64,000 nucleotides of DNA from IMG/VR virus record IMGVR_UViG_3300020438_000007, positions 166,740 to 230,739 of that record; one strand, written 5' to 3'. The first letter of the stretch is position 1. Each line of letters opens with the position of its first letter. Position numbers and translations under genes: made by a program. Positions 46,334 to 55,145 of the stretch are shown piece by piece. Under the pieces are notes generated by a model. That model was not told the DNA's origin, searched no databases, and saw only the letters and a list, made by a program, of their open reading frames with translations.

Positions 46334-47251
46334 CTATTCTTCAGCGAGTTTTTGGAAGTAACTTAGTGCGTCGTCCTCTTCCTCTGTATCCACATCAGCG
46401 GATGCAGGGGTAGCACTTGCACGGAGGTTAGATAGTTCCTCCTCAACAGTATTTCCTCTACCCTCACTCAAGTCATCAAGATCTTCATCTTGACGTGTAG
46501 GTGTTACAACAGCCTTCCTTGAAAGAACTGTATCCAAACGTGCCTTAAGTTGTTCATATGACTTGAACTGGTCTACAGCAGTGAACTCACTAAGATCGTA
46601 AATCTTGTTATAGATCTCCTCTAGTTTGTCATCATCATCCAAAAGTGATTCGGGTCTTGCAAACTCTGAACTATCATAGTTCCAGAATCCAGCCACCTGT
46701 TTGATCTTCAACTTGAAGTTAGCACCCTTCCAGAAATCGAATGGGTTGATTGCTTCCTCGTCATCGAACTCAGGTTGCATTGCAGCAGTGATCTTATCAA
46801 AGATCTTCTTACCAAACTTGTACAGTTTTACCTGTCCTTCGTTCTCAGGATTACTAGAATCTTTTACGACATAAACATTTGCATAGTAAGAAAGCTTACG
46901 CTTTTGCTTACGAGCAATATCTTTGTCTGATTCACGACCACTGTTCCAGAGACTGCGATTCAGTTCTCCAACAGGATCATCCTTACCAATAGTAGTTAGA
47001 CTGTTCTCAATGTACCAACCGCCTGGTCCTTGAAAAGCGTGACTCCAAACTTGAGTCCATGGCAATTCACAATTAGCATGTGCAGGTAGGAATCGAACAA
47101 CTGCGTATCCGTTACCCGCTTTATCTACAGCTGGTTTCCAAAGACGTTCATCAGTATTGTTGCCTTTCTCGTTGAGTTTCTCAACTTTTTTCATCAATCT
47201 CTCTGTAAGAGAGCCTGCTTTAGATTGCTTCTTTAATGCAGCAAATGACAT
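46334..47251 (-). CDS. gp32: single-stranded DNA-binding protein gp32
   Basis: DERLWKP..DKAGNGYAVVRFLP...WYIENSLTTIG..DPV...GKKIFDKI; acidic tail. Confidence 0.97.
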   Translation of the reverse strand: MSFAALKKQSKAGSLTERLMKKVEKLNEKGNNTDERLWKPAVDKAGNGYAVVRFLPAHANCELPWTQVWSHAFQGPGGWYIENSLTTIGKDDPVGELNRSLWNSGRESDKDIARKQKRKLSYYANVYVVKDSSNPENEGQVKLYKFGKKIFDKITAAMQPEFDDEEAINPFDFWKGANFKLKIKQVAGFWNYDSSEFARPESLLDDDDKLEEIYNKIYDLSEFTAVDQFKSYEQLKARLDTVLSRKAVVTPTRQDEDLDDLSEGRGNTVEEELSNLRASATPASADVDTEEEDDALSYFQKLAEE

Positions 47252-47290
47252 TTAGTATTCTCCGTATTTTTGTATTGTTGGATTGTTTGT

Positions 47291-47319
47291 ATTATAACAG
47301 ATAATGGTGTCTGTGTCAA
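47291..47319 (-). promoter_or_regulatory. consensus sigma70 promoter TTGACA-17-TATAAT for gp32, A/C-rich leader
   Basis: Perfect hexamers with 17-nt spacer. Confidence 0.85.
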
Positions 47320-47660
47320 TCTGGAATGTTTTCTTCCAGTTTGTCTAAGGTTTCAGTCAGAGTGTCAAAAAATTCTGAAATATTTTGACCTGGCTGAAGT
47401 CCCAGAAACTTGGCAGACTCTAAGATCTGCTCTTTCATCTCAAGCGCATCAGGATCATCCTTCTCTAATTGCAGTCTGAACATGAAGTTCCTCTGCTTTT
47501 CGAGTAGTGTTCTCATCTTCTTAATGTGCAAAAGGCCGTCATCCGCATTAGGATTTCGCATACCGTTTATTGCTAGGCCTGACATGATATCTTCTTGTAA
47601 CTCCTGTATCTCTGCCATGGCAGCTCTTACTGGAGCAGATCTAAAAAATTCACCCATCAA
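47316..47660 (-). CDS. DUF1825-like protein
   Basis: FF.S..VR..M.EI.ELQ...L.KQR...FRL.L..DDP.A pattern; upstream of gp32. Confidence 0.75.
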   Translation of the reverse strand: MMGEFFRSAPVRAAMAEIQELQEDIMSGLAINGMRNPNADDGLLHIKKMRTLLEKQRNFMFRLQLEKDDPDALEMKEQILESAKFLGLQPGQNISEFFDTLTETLDKLEENIPD

Positions 47661-47678
47661 TCGAATCTGATACTAACA

Positions 47679-47966
47679 CTATTTATTTGTTTTTGATACC
47701 CACATAGGTAGGTATATAAGGGTAAAAGCAGTACCCCAAAATGATAGAAAAACGTATAAGTGACTACCTCTGTGAGAGGAAAATGCAAACCCTAAGGCTA
47801 CAACAATTACCCAAACGTAGTCCACTATACCATGAAAGGTTTGCCAACCATCACCATATTTTTCTATAAGATTGTCTCGTTGTTTTGAAGCCCAAGGCGA
47901 GACATGGCGCATCATCACAAATCCCTCATTGAGGAACATGATGACAAATCCTATCCAGAATATCAC
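47679..47966 (-). CDS. hypothetical membrane protein
   Basis: 95 aa with several hydrophobic segments. Confidence 0.7.
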   Translation of the reverse strand: MIFWIGFVIMFLNEGFVMMRHVSPWASKQRDNLIEKYGDGWQTFHGIVDYVWVIVVALGFAFSSHRGSHLYVFLSFWGTAFTLIYLPMWVSKTNK

Positions 47967-48217
47967 AGAGGTAACTTAGATTTAGAAGTACGTTTTAAGT
48001 AATTCAATTCAGTTGCTTCCGCCTTCAATTTATCCTTTAGAGGTTTTGCGATTAATTTCCCAACTGACTCAAACTCAATATTATTTTCTTCGCAATAACT
48101 AATTATTGCTTCAATATAATTGAGCTCGGTGTCAAGTACCAGTTGTTCAACATCAGTAGTGAACTTGTGCTGGTCGAGAAATTTCTCTTTCAGCAGTTCA
48201 TTAACTTCTTTCTCCAT
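47963..48217 (-). CDS. gp33: late-transcription coactivator gp33
   Basis: YIEAIISYCEEN.IE.ESVGKLI.KPLKDKLK.EA.ELNYLK; start MEKEVN at 48217. Confidence 0.9.
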   Translation of the reverse strand: MEKEVNELLKEKFLDQHKFTTDVEQLVLDTELNYIEAIISYCEENNIEFESVGKLIAKPLKDKLKAEATELNYLKRTSKSKLPL

Positions 48218-48890
48218 ACTCTCCGAGTTTGTGGGTGACGAATTCTTTAATATACTTGGTAAGAAGCTTAATATAGTCACGTTTGTTGGTCTTTTCATAA
48301 ACTTTCACATCTCCATTATCAGCAACCATTAAGGTCACAATTTTCTCCACCGCAATACCTGTCATCTCAAAGTACATACAGGCATATGCAGTTTCTTGAA
48401 CGAAATAGTTTTCTAACCACTTCTCTGGTTTAATCTTTTTAGATGTTTTGAAATCTATTACCGCTAACTCTCCATTGTATTCGGCAATACAATCAACTCT
48501 TCCAGCAATACCGAAATACTCACTATATAGGGGTTTTTCCAGAGCGTGAATATTATCAATTTTGTTTAAGGCATCTCTTGCAGCAATCCACCTTGATTTT
48601 GTGGAAGGCAGAATGTCCTTCATAGAGTTGATATCTTCATTCAAGAGATACTTCTCAACCAGATCATGAAACTTAGTACCCCTGTCGGTGGCAACTTTTG
48701 TGATCTTATTGGCTTCTTCCTCACCTACCTTCTTACGCCATTTGATAAATGTTTGGCGATTATAAAAACTAGTTATGGAAGTGATAGATGGAGCTTTCTT
48801 TCCGTTAGGAAGGGTATAATACCTAACTCCATCTATATTATTGGCTTCTAACTCAAAATCACCAAGTTTATTCAAATGAGTAAACGTCAT
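48201..48890 (-). CDS. PD-(D/E)xK (Cas4-like) exonuclease
   Basis: PSITSI...RGT.FH...AGRVDCIAEY.GELAVIDFKTS...YFVQ..AYA. Confidence 0.9.
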   Translation of the reverse strand: MTFTHLNKLGDFELEANNIDGVRYYTLPNGKKAPSITSITSFYNRQTFIKWRKKVGEEEANKITKVATDRGTKFHDLVEKYLLNEDINSMKDILPSTKSRWIAARDALNKIDNIHALEKPLYSEYFGIAGRVDCIAEYNGELAVIDFKTSKKIKPEKWLENYFVQETAYACMYFEMTGIAVEKIVTLMVADNGDVKVYEKTNKRDYIKLLTKYIKEFVTHKLGEYGERS

Positions 48891-49663
48891 AAAGAAAGAG
48901 CGAGTTTAGTAACCAAGTAGTTTCTTACTAGACCAGAGCGAACAATATCATCTATACCGAATTCAACCATACCGAAATCATCTTCCATGATCTCAATAAT
49001 ACGTTTAAAGTCTAAGATGCCATTCTTCTCATTGGATTTTGTAAGATCCGTTTGAGTAGAGTCACCACAAAAAATTATTTTACAGTTATCTCCTACTCTT
49101 GTTATTATACTATCTAATTCATGAAAATTCAAGTTTTGCATCTCATCTACTAACACAATGCAATTATCAAGTGTTGTTCCCCTGATAAATGATGTGCTCC
49201 AAAATGAAATAGTCTCTTGTGCTTTTAAATTACCGTATAACATTTCAAAGTCATTGTCTGATGGCATTTCAAACATGTACTTGACCATATTCTTATAAGG
49301 AATCTGGTAAAGTGATGACTTATCTTCATGGTCGCCTGGCAAGAAACCAATCTCTCTTGTGGAAACCAATGATCTGACAATGTACACCTTATCATATGGT
49401 GTCATTTCGTCAAGAACATCTTTGAGTGCGAGGTACAAACTGATAAAAGTCTTACCAGTTCCAGCACAACCGTACCCAAATATATTCTTTCCTTTTGCAT
49501 AGTGATCAAAGAATACCTTCTGGTTATCTGTGATGGGTTCTACGTCAACCATCACACTATTGTTAATTGGTCTCTTCCTACGTCTCTGCTTAGCAGTCAT
49601 TCCAGCACCAACATTACTATCACGATGTTGACTATTAGTATTCCTTCTTTTTTTAGTTGTCAT
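48887..49663 (-). CDS. phoH: PhoH-like ATPase
   Basis: GCAGTGKT, REIGFLPGD, FIRG.TLD..IVLVDE.QN, IF.GD..Q.D. Confidence 0.97.
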   Translation of the reverse strand: MTTKKRRNTNSQHRDSNVGAGMTAKQRRRKRPINNSVMVDVEPITDNQKVFFDHYAKGKNIFGYGCAGTGKTFISLYLALKDVLDEMTPYDKVYIVRSLVSTREIGFLPGDHEDKSSLYQIPYKNMVKYMFEMPSDNDFEMLYGNLKAQETISFWSTSFIRGTTLDNCIVLVDEMQNLNFHELDSIITRVGDNCKIIFCGDSTQTDLTKSNEKNGILDFKRIIEIMEDDFGMVEFGIDDIVRSGLVRNYLVTKLALSL

Positions 49664-49665
49664 AC

Positions 49666-49929
49666 TTAAACGATACCTCTTTTAGCTAAACGACCCTGTA
49701 TTCCAGAAGATTTTTCAGTTTTCTTTAAAATTTCATTCCAGCCTGGATGTTTGTTGTTGAGTTTATCTCTCCACTCTCCAACTTCTCCCACGCCTGGTAC
49801 TGTTGATGGGTCTGAATAATCTCTGTCCCACTCTGGGTTATCAGATTTCCACTGATCCCAATCATGGACACTCATTCTAACTTCTTTCTGTTCACGAGTT
49901 TCCTTGTGAACCACAGGGTACGTTGCCAT
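49666..49929 (-). CDS. conserved cyanophage hypothetical protein
   Basis: MATYPV.HK.T.EQKEV.MSVH.WDQW..DNPEW.RD; upstream of phoH. Confidence 0.8.
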   Translation of the reverse strand: MATYPVVHKETREQKEVRMSVHDWDQWKSDNPEWDRDYSDPSTVPGVGEVGEWRDKLNNKHPGWNEILKKTEKSSGIQGRLAKRGIV

Positions 49930-50618
49930 TAAGATTCCTCTCCGTGAAGTTCTTTTTTAATTTGTTTTTGCATCTCAACCACACCATTTCTCCATTCTAA
50001 TGCTTCAGAAACGATTGGAAACTGTTCTATAAAGACAGTTTTACATGCCTGTGCAATGTCCATGTGTTCCTTTTGAGTTCCATGAGCGGATCTCAGTTCA
50101 ATATAATGAATCCATGATCTGCAAGAGCCTGTCATATAGATTCTCGTGGGCGTGCAGAGTGGCAATACCATTCTAGCACATTCCTTTGCAACGCCCTCCT
50201 CCAACATTTGTTGATATAAGGCGGTTGCAGAACTAAACAAAGTATTAATTTGTAGTTCTAACTTTTGTTTAACAAAGGGATCAAGATCATCAGTTGAGTT
50301 CTGACGATTCTTTAGATCTTGTTTCCTAAGTTTAGGAATAGGAATAGTTCCTAATTGTGTACTATCAGCATAACGCTGAGAGAACTCTTGAAAAGTAAAT
50401 GATCTATGACGTAGAATCTGGGCTGCAATAGCCCGAGTCGTTTCGATTTCAAGAGTCATGCTCGATTGTTCAAATACTGACCAGTGATTATGACTGATAC
50501 AATATTTTAATAATCCAGCAAACTTTTCATTGTCTTGGTTGGCAGGGTTAGAAACTCTGGCAATGTGTGCCATGGTCTTTTCTGCATCTGGTGTGATACT
50601 TACCAGTTTTACTGTCAT
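49929..50618 (-). CDS. thyX: FAD-dependent thymidylate synthase
   Basis: HWSVFE, QILRHRSFTFQEFSQRY ThyX signature; uninterrupted. Confidence 0.97.
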   Translation of the reverse strand: MTVKLVSITPDAEKTMAHIARVSNPANQDNEKFAGLLKYCISHNHWSVFEQSSMTLEIETTRAIAAQILRHRSFTFQEFSQRYADSTQLGTIPIPKLRKQDLKNRQNSTDDLDPFVKQKLELQINTLFSSATALYQQMLEEGVAKECARMVLPLCTPTRIYMTGSCRSWIHYIELRSAHGTQKEHMDIAQACKTVFIEQFPIVSEALEWRNGVVEMQKQIKKELHGEES

Positions 50619-50635
50619 AATTCCTCTATTTGGTC

Positions 50636-50764
50636 ACTATATGACACTTTTTGTCTTTTATCTTCCGATGTATATTGTTCTAAATCAGAATAAACTTCGG
50701 ACTCAAGTGCTTCAACAAGTAATTTTAAATTTTTTACAATTAGTTTTAGTTTTGTTTTTTCCAT
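50636..50764 (-). CDS. 42-aa conserved hypothetical (KLKLIVKNLKLLVEALESEVYSD)
   Basis: Manually translated. Confidence 0.6.
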
Positions 50765-50765
50765 A

Positions 50766-51248
50766 TTAGATGAAGTAATTGAGGTTAATTACGCACCTAC
50801 GAAGGGTATCAGTCGGGGAGCACCCAGCATGTAGAGTATTTGAGTTAAATACTACCATCCTGTTTGCTATACTGTCAACCTTTGTACCATCTTCAAATCG
50901 TGTGTAACCATCATTTGTATTTACATAATATATGGAAGTGATACAATCGTCAACATCTGTGTGAAGATCATATTCTTGCCTTTCGGGTGTTCTCATATTT
51001 AGATTAGCCTTAATCCTGACTATTGAGATGGGTTGCAACTCATTAATGATAGGCATGAGATTGTAAAAGAATTGACTTCTAGGTTCAAATTGATGATAAA
51101 ACACATGACAAAATTGATAATATCCATCATCAGGTGTATTAACACCTTTACCGAATTGCCATTGAAACGAAGGATCCTCCATCATAGTTGTCTGGAGAGT
51201 CTTAAAATCTTCTGGTTTTAGAAAATCATCAATTACCTTCAGCTTCAT
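50766..51248 (-). CDS. short 2OG-Fe(II) oxygenase (HxD...H)
   Basis: RIKANLN...LHTD...NTNDGYT.F...NRMVVF...LHAG...R.VINLNY. Confidence 0.85.
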   Translation of the reverse strand: MKLKVIDDFLKPEDFKTLQTTMMEDPSFQWQFGKGVNTPDDGYYQFCHVFYHQFEPRSQFFYNLMPIINELQPISIVRIKANLNMRTPERQEYDLHTDVDDCITSIYYVNTNDGYTRFEDGTKVDSIANRMVVFNSNTLHAGCSPTDTLRRCVINLNYFI

Positions 51249-51474
51249 TCGCTTCTTTCTCTAGTTGAGATACGACCTTTTCAGTGCCGTCCATGATTTT
51301 AACTTGAAATAAGTTAGATTTCATATACTTCTTGATCTTTTTATATTTCTTCAACACCTTCTTATACTCTTGTTGATTGATCTCAATATTACCTTGTTTG
51401 GCATCTCCAGAGTATTTACTGCCAGAAACGTCTCTGCCATCTCCCACAGGAGATGATCCACTATACTCACCCAT
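51229..51474 (-). CDS. hypothetical protein
   Basis: 81-aa ORF; KYKKIKKYMKS.LF motif. Confidence 0.7.
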   Translation of the reverse strand: MGEYSGSSPVGDGRDVSGSKYSGDAKQGNIEINQQEYKKVLKKYKKIKKYMKSNLFQVKIMDGTEKVVSQLEKEANEAEGN

Positions 51475-51634
51475 TTACAATATCTCCTTCAAAGTTCATC
51501 ATTGCCAACAAAGTATTATATGGAATCCATGCAGGGTCTTCATTATCGAACTGCACTTCGACTTCCTTGACGTTTTTCTGTAAAAACCTACTATATGAAG
51601 TTCTTACATTTTTCACAACACTTATAGGATTCAT
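51467..51634 (-). CDS. 55-aa hypothetical (EVEVQFDNEDPAWIPY)
   Basis: Manually translated, coupled overlaps on both sides. Confidence 0.6.
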   Translation of the reverse strand: MNPISVVKNVRTSYSRFLQKNVKEVEVQFDNEDPAWIPYNTLLAMMNFEGDIVNG

Positions 51635-51933
51635 AATTTACGTTTTGGTGGTTTTTTAGTTGGTGGTTTTTTCTTATCTGGATTGAGCATATCCTCTTTC
51701 CAAAGCTTTGGATTGACATTACCTCTGGATTGAACCCATCCCTGTAGTCCCTTTTTATACTTGTCGTAGTAGTGGTCAAACATTTCCACTTGTTTTTGAC
51801 ATAAAGTTATGTCATGACACACTTTGTCGTCCTTTACATACGTCACAAGATATGCCGTATAAGGTAACTTTGTGTTTTCTGCTAGTTTTGGGTCACAATC
51901 TTCGTGGATAATTTTCAACTTCGGTTCCCCCAT
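51631..51933 (-). CDS. conserved cyanophage hypothetical protein
   Basis: LPYTAYLV.Y...MFDHYYDKYK...G.VNPKLW. Confidence 0.8.
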   Translation of the reverse strand: MGEPKLKIIHEDCDPKLAENTKLPYTAYLVTYVKDDKVCHDITLCQKQVEMFDHYYDKYKKGLQGWVQSRGNVNPKLWKEDMLNPDKKKPPTKKPPKRKL

Positions 51934-52499
51934 GTAATTTCTGGATAGGCTTCTGCCACTAATTCCTTAGTGATATTATACTTGGTGTTGAGAGCTTTGT
52001 CTTTTACAAGAATAAGTAGTTCTGCCTCTGGTTGAGGTAGAGTTTGGAGAATATTAATAAAAATAGATTCTCTCTTGATCTTGTTAAGTTGATCGTCTCC
52101 ACCCTTTACAAAGCGGTAGAATTGTCTTGCGGCATTACGAATAGTGGTTCTTTGTGGGATACCCTGTTCTCTATTCGCTTGAACATCCCCTTCTACAGGT
52201 TGATATGGCACTTTTCCATCTGGAAGTGCAGAGATGACCGATTCATCAAAATTCCAAATCATAACCATTTTAAAAGAGTCATCTCCATGAGTGCGGAGAA
52301 GTTCTACCTTCTTAGAATTAACTCTTTCCGAATCTACTGCTTCCAGTAGTTCATGAACCATAGGATTCGATGGCAGTTCTATCTTTTTAACTGTCACCGT
52401 CCTTGGTTTTGTTGCAGTTTTGCGAGTGGAAGTAGTTTTCTTCCTAGTTGACGCGGCTCTAGTCCTCGTCGTCTTCTTCGCTGTCGTCATTGTGTTCAA
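51915..52499 (-). CDS. conserved T4-like phage hypothetical protein
   Basis: NFDESVISALP.G.VPY...FY.FVKGG...KRE..FI.IL..L...EA.LL...KDK.L...Y.IT. Confidence 0.8.
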   Translation of the reverse strand: MNTMTTAKKTTRTRAASTRKKTTSTRKTATKPRTVTVKKIELPSNPMVHELLEAVDSERVNSKKVELLRTHGDDSFKMVMIWNFDESVISALPDGKVPYQPVEGDVQANREQGIPQRTTIRNAARQFYRFVKGGDDQLNKIKRESIFINILQTLPQPEAELLILVKDKALNTKYNITKELVAEAYPEITWGNRS

Positions 52500-52689
52500 A
52501 CCTCACGGCTACTATTTCATCAGGAATAAGATTCCCATTTTCATCATACATCTCAGGATGCGTGTACGCCACTTGATTTTGCATGTTGACGTAATTGTTT
52601 TGTTGGGCTAACCAGCCAATTATACCACCCAATACCAAAAATGTAAAGCATAATATACTGAATATTACAAGAAGTACTGACGTTTCCAT
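52459..52689 (-). CDS. small membrane protein (HPEMYDENG motif)
   Basis: N-terminal TM segment, acidic tail. Confidence 0.75.
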   Translation of the reverse strand: METSVLLVIFSILCFTFLVLGGIIGWLAQQNNYVNMQNQVAYTHPEMYDENGNLIPDEIVAVRFEHNDDSEEDDED

Positions 52690-52856
52690 TGGATTCCTCC
52701 CAAGGTTAATTACTGGTTTTCTTTTTTATATCTAGCGATAATCTATATTCTCTGTCAAATAGAGAAAGTTTGATATCGAAGAACTTTGGTGTTTGTTTTG
52801 GCGGTGCCCTTTTATCCCCTTTGAGTATAAGTTCAACGCCTTTATTTATGTCCATG

Positions 52857-53105
52857 TCAGGAGGCATCATCGGAATAAACCCTATGTTCTTTTAAATATT
52901 TTAATGTTTGATTTGCATTACCTAGATTCTTACCATCCAAAACCACCTGTGGCATGGATAAAGTGTGAGGGAACTGGGTTTCAAACTCTTTTACAGTATA
53001 GTCTTTGTTTAGTTCCTTGTAAATATAGTCTTTACCCAACAGTTCAAGAACAGTTTTGATCTTGAAGCACATAGGGCATTCATCTTTTCCGTATATTACA
53101 AACAT
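52857..53105 (-). CDS. glutaredoxin
   Basis: CPMC active site, MPQV, LG.A. Confidence 0.9.
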   Translation of the reverse strand: MFVIYGKDECPMCFKIKTVLELLGKDYIYKELNKDYTVKEFETQFPHTLSMPQVVLDGKNLGNANQTLKYLKEHRVYSDDAS

Positions 53106-53293
53106 AGTTTTAATAATGGAGTACTTCTACTTTTTCCCAAGTGTGCTGAAAGATAAGTAAAGAACATAATGACTTTTCATTAATACATACTGTGAAGTAT
53201 GGTAAGAGTTTACTACCGTCCAATCTTCTCATGGGAGTTTCTTGAGTATCTACAAAAAGAACCCGACCTTCTAGTGGTTTCCCACCTAAAATT

Positions 53294-53521
53294 TCAGGCA
53301 CTCTGACTATCGATCCTTGACGAATAGATATCGTTCTCGCAGTATTCAAGAAAAAAGGCTTCGATTCCTTTTGTGTCTGATTTCCCCTGCGATACCCAGA
53401 CATCGCAAAATTCGTACATTTGTCGGACATGATCGAGGGTGTTGTATTTTTTGAGGGCGAGCAAGGCCTTTTGACGGATGGCCATGCGTTCATCAGTGTA
53501 ACGCCAGTCATTCATCATCAT
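53294..53521 (-). CDS. conserved cyanophage hypothetical (DWRYTDERM...YEFC..WVSQG)
   Basis: 75-aa ORF. Confidence 0.7.
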   Translation of the reverse strand: MMMNDWRYTDERMAIRQKALLALKKYNTLDHVRQMYEFCDVWVSQGKSDTKGIEAFFLEYCENDIYSSRIDSQSA

Positions 53522-53717
53522 CTGCGCTCTCTTTGATTGCTTTATCTAGTTTATCAAAAAGCCCATCGGCCGAAACCAGATTTTCAATGTGAGATAACAT
53601 AGCTCCCAACTCCCTACAAATGTAGGGTCTCTCTGTTCGTGCAGCAAAGGCGAGAGCTTCTCGAATGTGTCTCTCTGCCTCTTTCATACTGTCTTCTACT
53701 TGTCTAGATAGTGCCAT
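53508..53717 (-). CDS. conserved cyanophage hypothetical (MALSRQVEDS...ALAFAAR.E.P)
   Basis: Internal start of track ORF 53508..53840. Confidence 0.75.
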   Translation of the reverse strand: MALSRQVEDSMKEAERHIREALAFAARTERPYICRELGAMLSHIENLVSADGLFDKLDKAIKESADDDE

Positions 53718-54366
53718 CTTTTTTCTGAATTGAGTCCCAATCTTTCTGGAACAGGTCAAGGCCTTTGTCTGTAAGAATGTGGTTATACATCTTATCAAAG
53801 ACACCCACAGGAATGGTACAAACGTCAGTACCAGCACCAAAACAACGTCCTACATGATGAACATCTCTCAAAGATGCAGACAAAACCTGAGTTCTTACAA
53901 GATGTTCACGATATGTCTGTGCGATTGTCTGTACAAGTGAGACTCCAGATATAGAGTTATCATTCATTCTTCCAACAAAAGGAGAGACATATGTTGCATC
54001 TGCTTTTGCAGCAAGAATCGCCTGAGAAACAGAGAATACCAAAGTTACATTAGTAGTGAATCCGTCAGATACAAGTAACTTACATGCTTTCAGTCCTTCA
54101 ACTGTACATGGAACTTTGATAGTCACATTCTTCATATCTTTGAACACTTGAGCCTGTTCAATCATGTCAAGAGCGTTTTTTGCAACAACCTCAGCAGAGA
54201 TGGACTCAAAATGTGGGAACGCCTCAGAGAGTCGTCTAATGACCTCTACAGGGTCTCCACCGTTTTTGCGGATAAGTGTGGGGTTTGTAGTTACACCGTC
54301 AATGAGACCCGACTGGTCACGTTTGGCGATTTCATCGTATTGAGCTGTGTCAAGAAAGATTTTCAT
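53704..54366 (-). CDS. talC: transaldolase (TalC/FSA family)
   Basis: MKIFLDTA, GVTTNPTL, IKVP, NVTLVFS, YVSPFVGR. Confidence 0.97.
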   Translation of the reverse strand: MKIFLDTAQYDEIAKRDQSGLIDGVTTNPTLIRKNGGDPVEVIRRLSEAFPHFESISAEVVAKNALDMIEQAQVFKDMKNVTIKVPCTVEGLKACKLLVSDGFTTNVTLVFSVSQAILAAKADATYVSPFVGRMNDNSISGVSLVQTIAQTYREHLVRTQVLSASLRDVHHVGRCFGAGTDVCTIPVGVFDKMYNHILTDKGLDLFQKDWDSIQKKDGTI

Positions 54367-54462
54367 CATTAGATTTGTGTTTCTTATAAAGTTTTTTAAT
54401 CAACTTGGCGTATTTTACGTCCTCTTCAGTATACCAGTTAGGATTCTTTTTTGCAACCTTTA

Positions 54463-54645
54463 TTAATCGTTTTGCCGTTTTTCTTTGATCTTTTCTAATG
54501 ATTTCGTCCAACATGTTTGCTCTTTTTCTTTATTCCGTGTTCTGCTATTTAACATACCAGATAAGTAAAAATACGCTTTGGAACCATAACATCCAGATTC
54601 TCTTAATTTTCTGACGATCAATAATTGTTCTTCTAATTTATTCAA
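54463..54645 (-). CDS. hypothetical protein
   Basis: 60-aa ORF, ATGA-type coupling. Confidence 0.5.
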   Translation of the reverse strand: MNKLEEQLLIVRKLRESGCYGSKAYFYLSGMLNSRTRNKEKEQTCWTKSLEKIKEKRQND

Positions 54646-54836
54646 CGTCTTAATGTTTGTAAGTGTTCTAGGACATGCTCACGAATCCACATCAGTTCAT
54701 TGTAACAACCCTGATTATGAGCACAGGATCTAAGTTGAGAGTCTGGTTGATGAACAGACTCAATGAAGATGTCTAGACCACGATTCCATTTCACATCTTG
54801 CGGCTCGTGTTTATCAATCGAATTTTGATCTTCCAT
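54642..54836 (-). CDS. conserved cyanophage hypothetical (WNRGLDIFIESV...CAHNQ.CYNELM)
   Basis: 64-aa ORF. Confidence 0.75.
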   Translation of the reverse strand: MEDQNSIDKHEPQDVKWNRGLDIFIESVHQPDSQLRSCAHNQGCYNELMWIREHVLEHLQTLRR

Positions 54837-54848
54837 AAAATTAAGTAC

Positions 54849-55145
54849 TCAGTTTAGGGGGGTTTCTGGTGGGCATTCAGTGCAATATTTATCAGCACCT
54901 GTAACTACTTTTACTTGTTCAATGGTCATCCATTGTTTCTCCATCTCTTCCACCAGATATGAAATTTTTTTGTTCTGTATCTCTACAGTCTCTAAAAGAT
55001 ATGCAATGGTATGAGAAAGCGTTTGCCTGTTACCATCCTCATCTTTGAGGTAGATTGTATAAGTTGTGCGAAATTTACGAACCAAGTGGATCCTGAGTAT
55101 AACGTACAGAATCAAATTCGTAAAAACAATCCAAAAAAAAGTCAT
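54849..55145 (-). CDS. hypothetical protein with N-terminal TM
   Basis: 98-aa ORF. Confidence 0.65.
   Translation of the reverse strand: MTFFWIVFTNLILYVILRIHLVRKFRTTYTIYLKDEDGNRQTLSHTIAYLLETVEIQNKKISYLVEEMEKQWMTIEQVKVVTGADKYCTECPPETPLN

Noticed and set aside
48887-49929. Pho box upstream of phoH
   Set aside because: phoH abuts the upstream ORF (2-nt gap); no recognisable direct repeats.
53110-53511. Programmed frameshift joining 53294..53521 to the overlapping 53110 frame
   Set aside because: No clear slippery heptamer or stimulatory structure; a TTG or GTG start for a separate small ORF is a simpler explanation.
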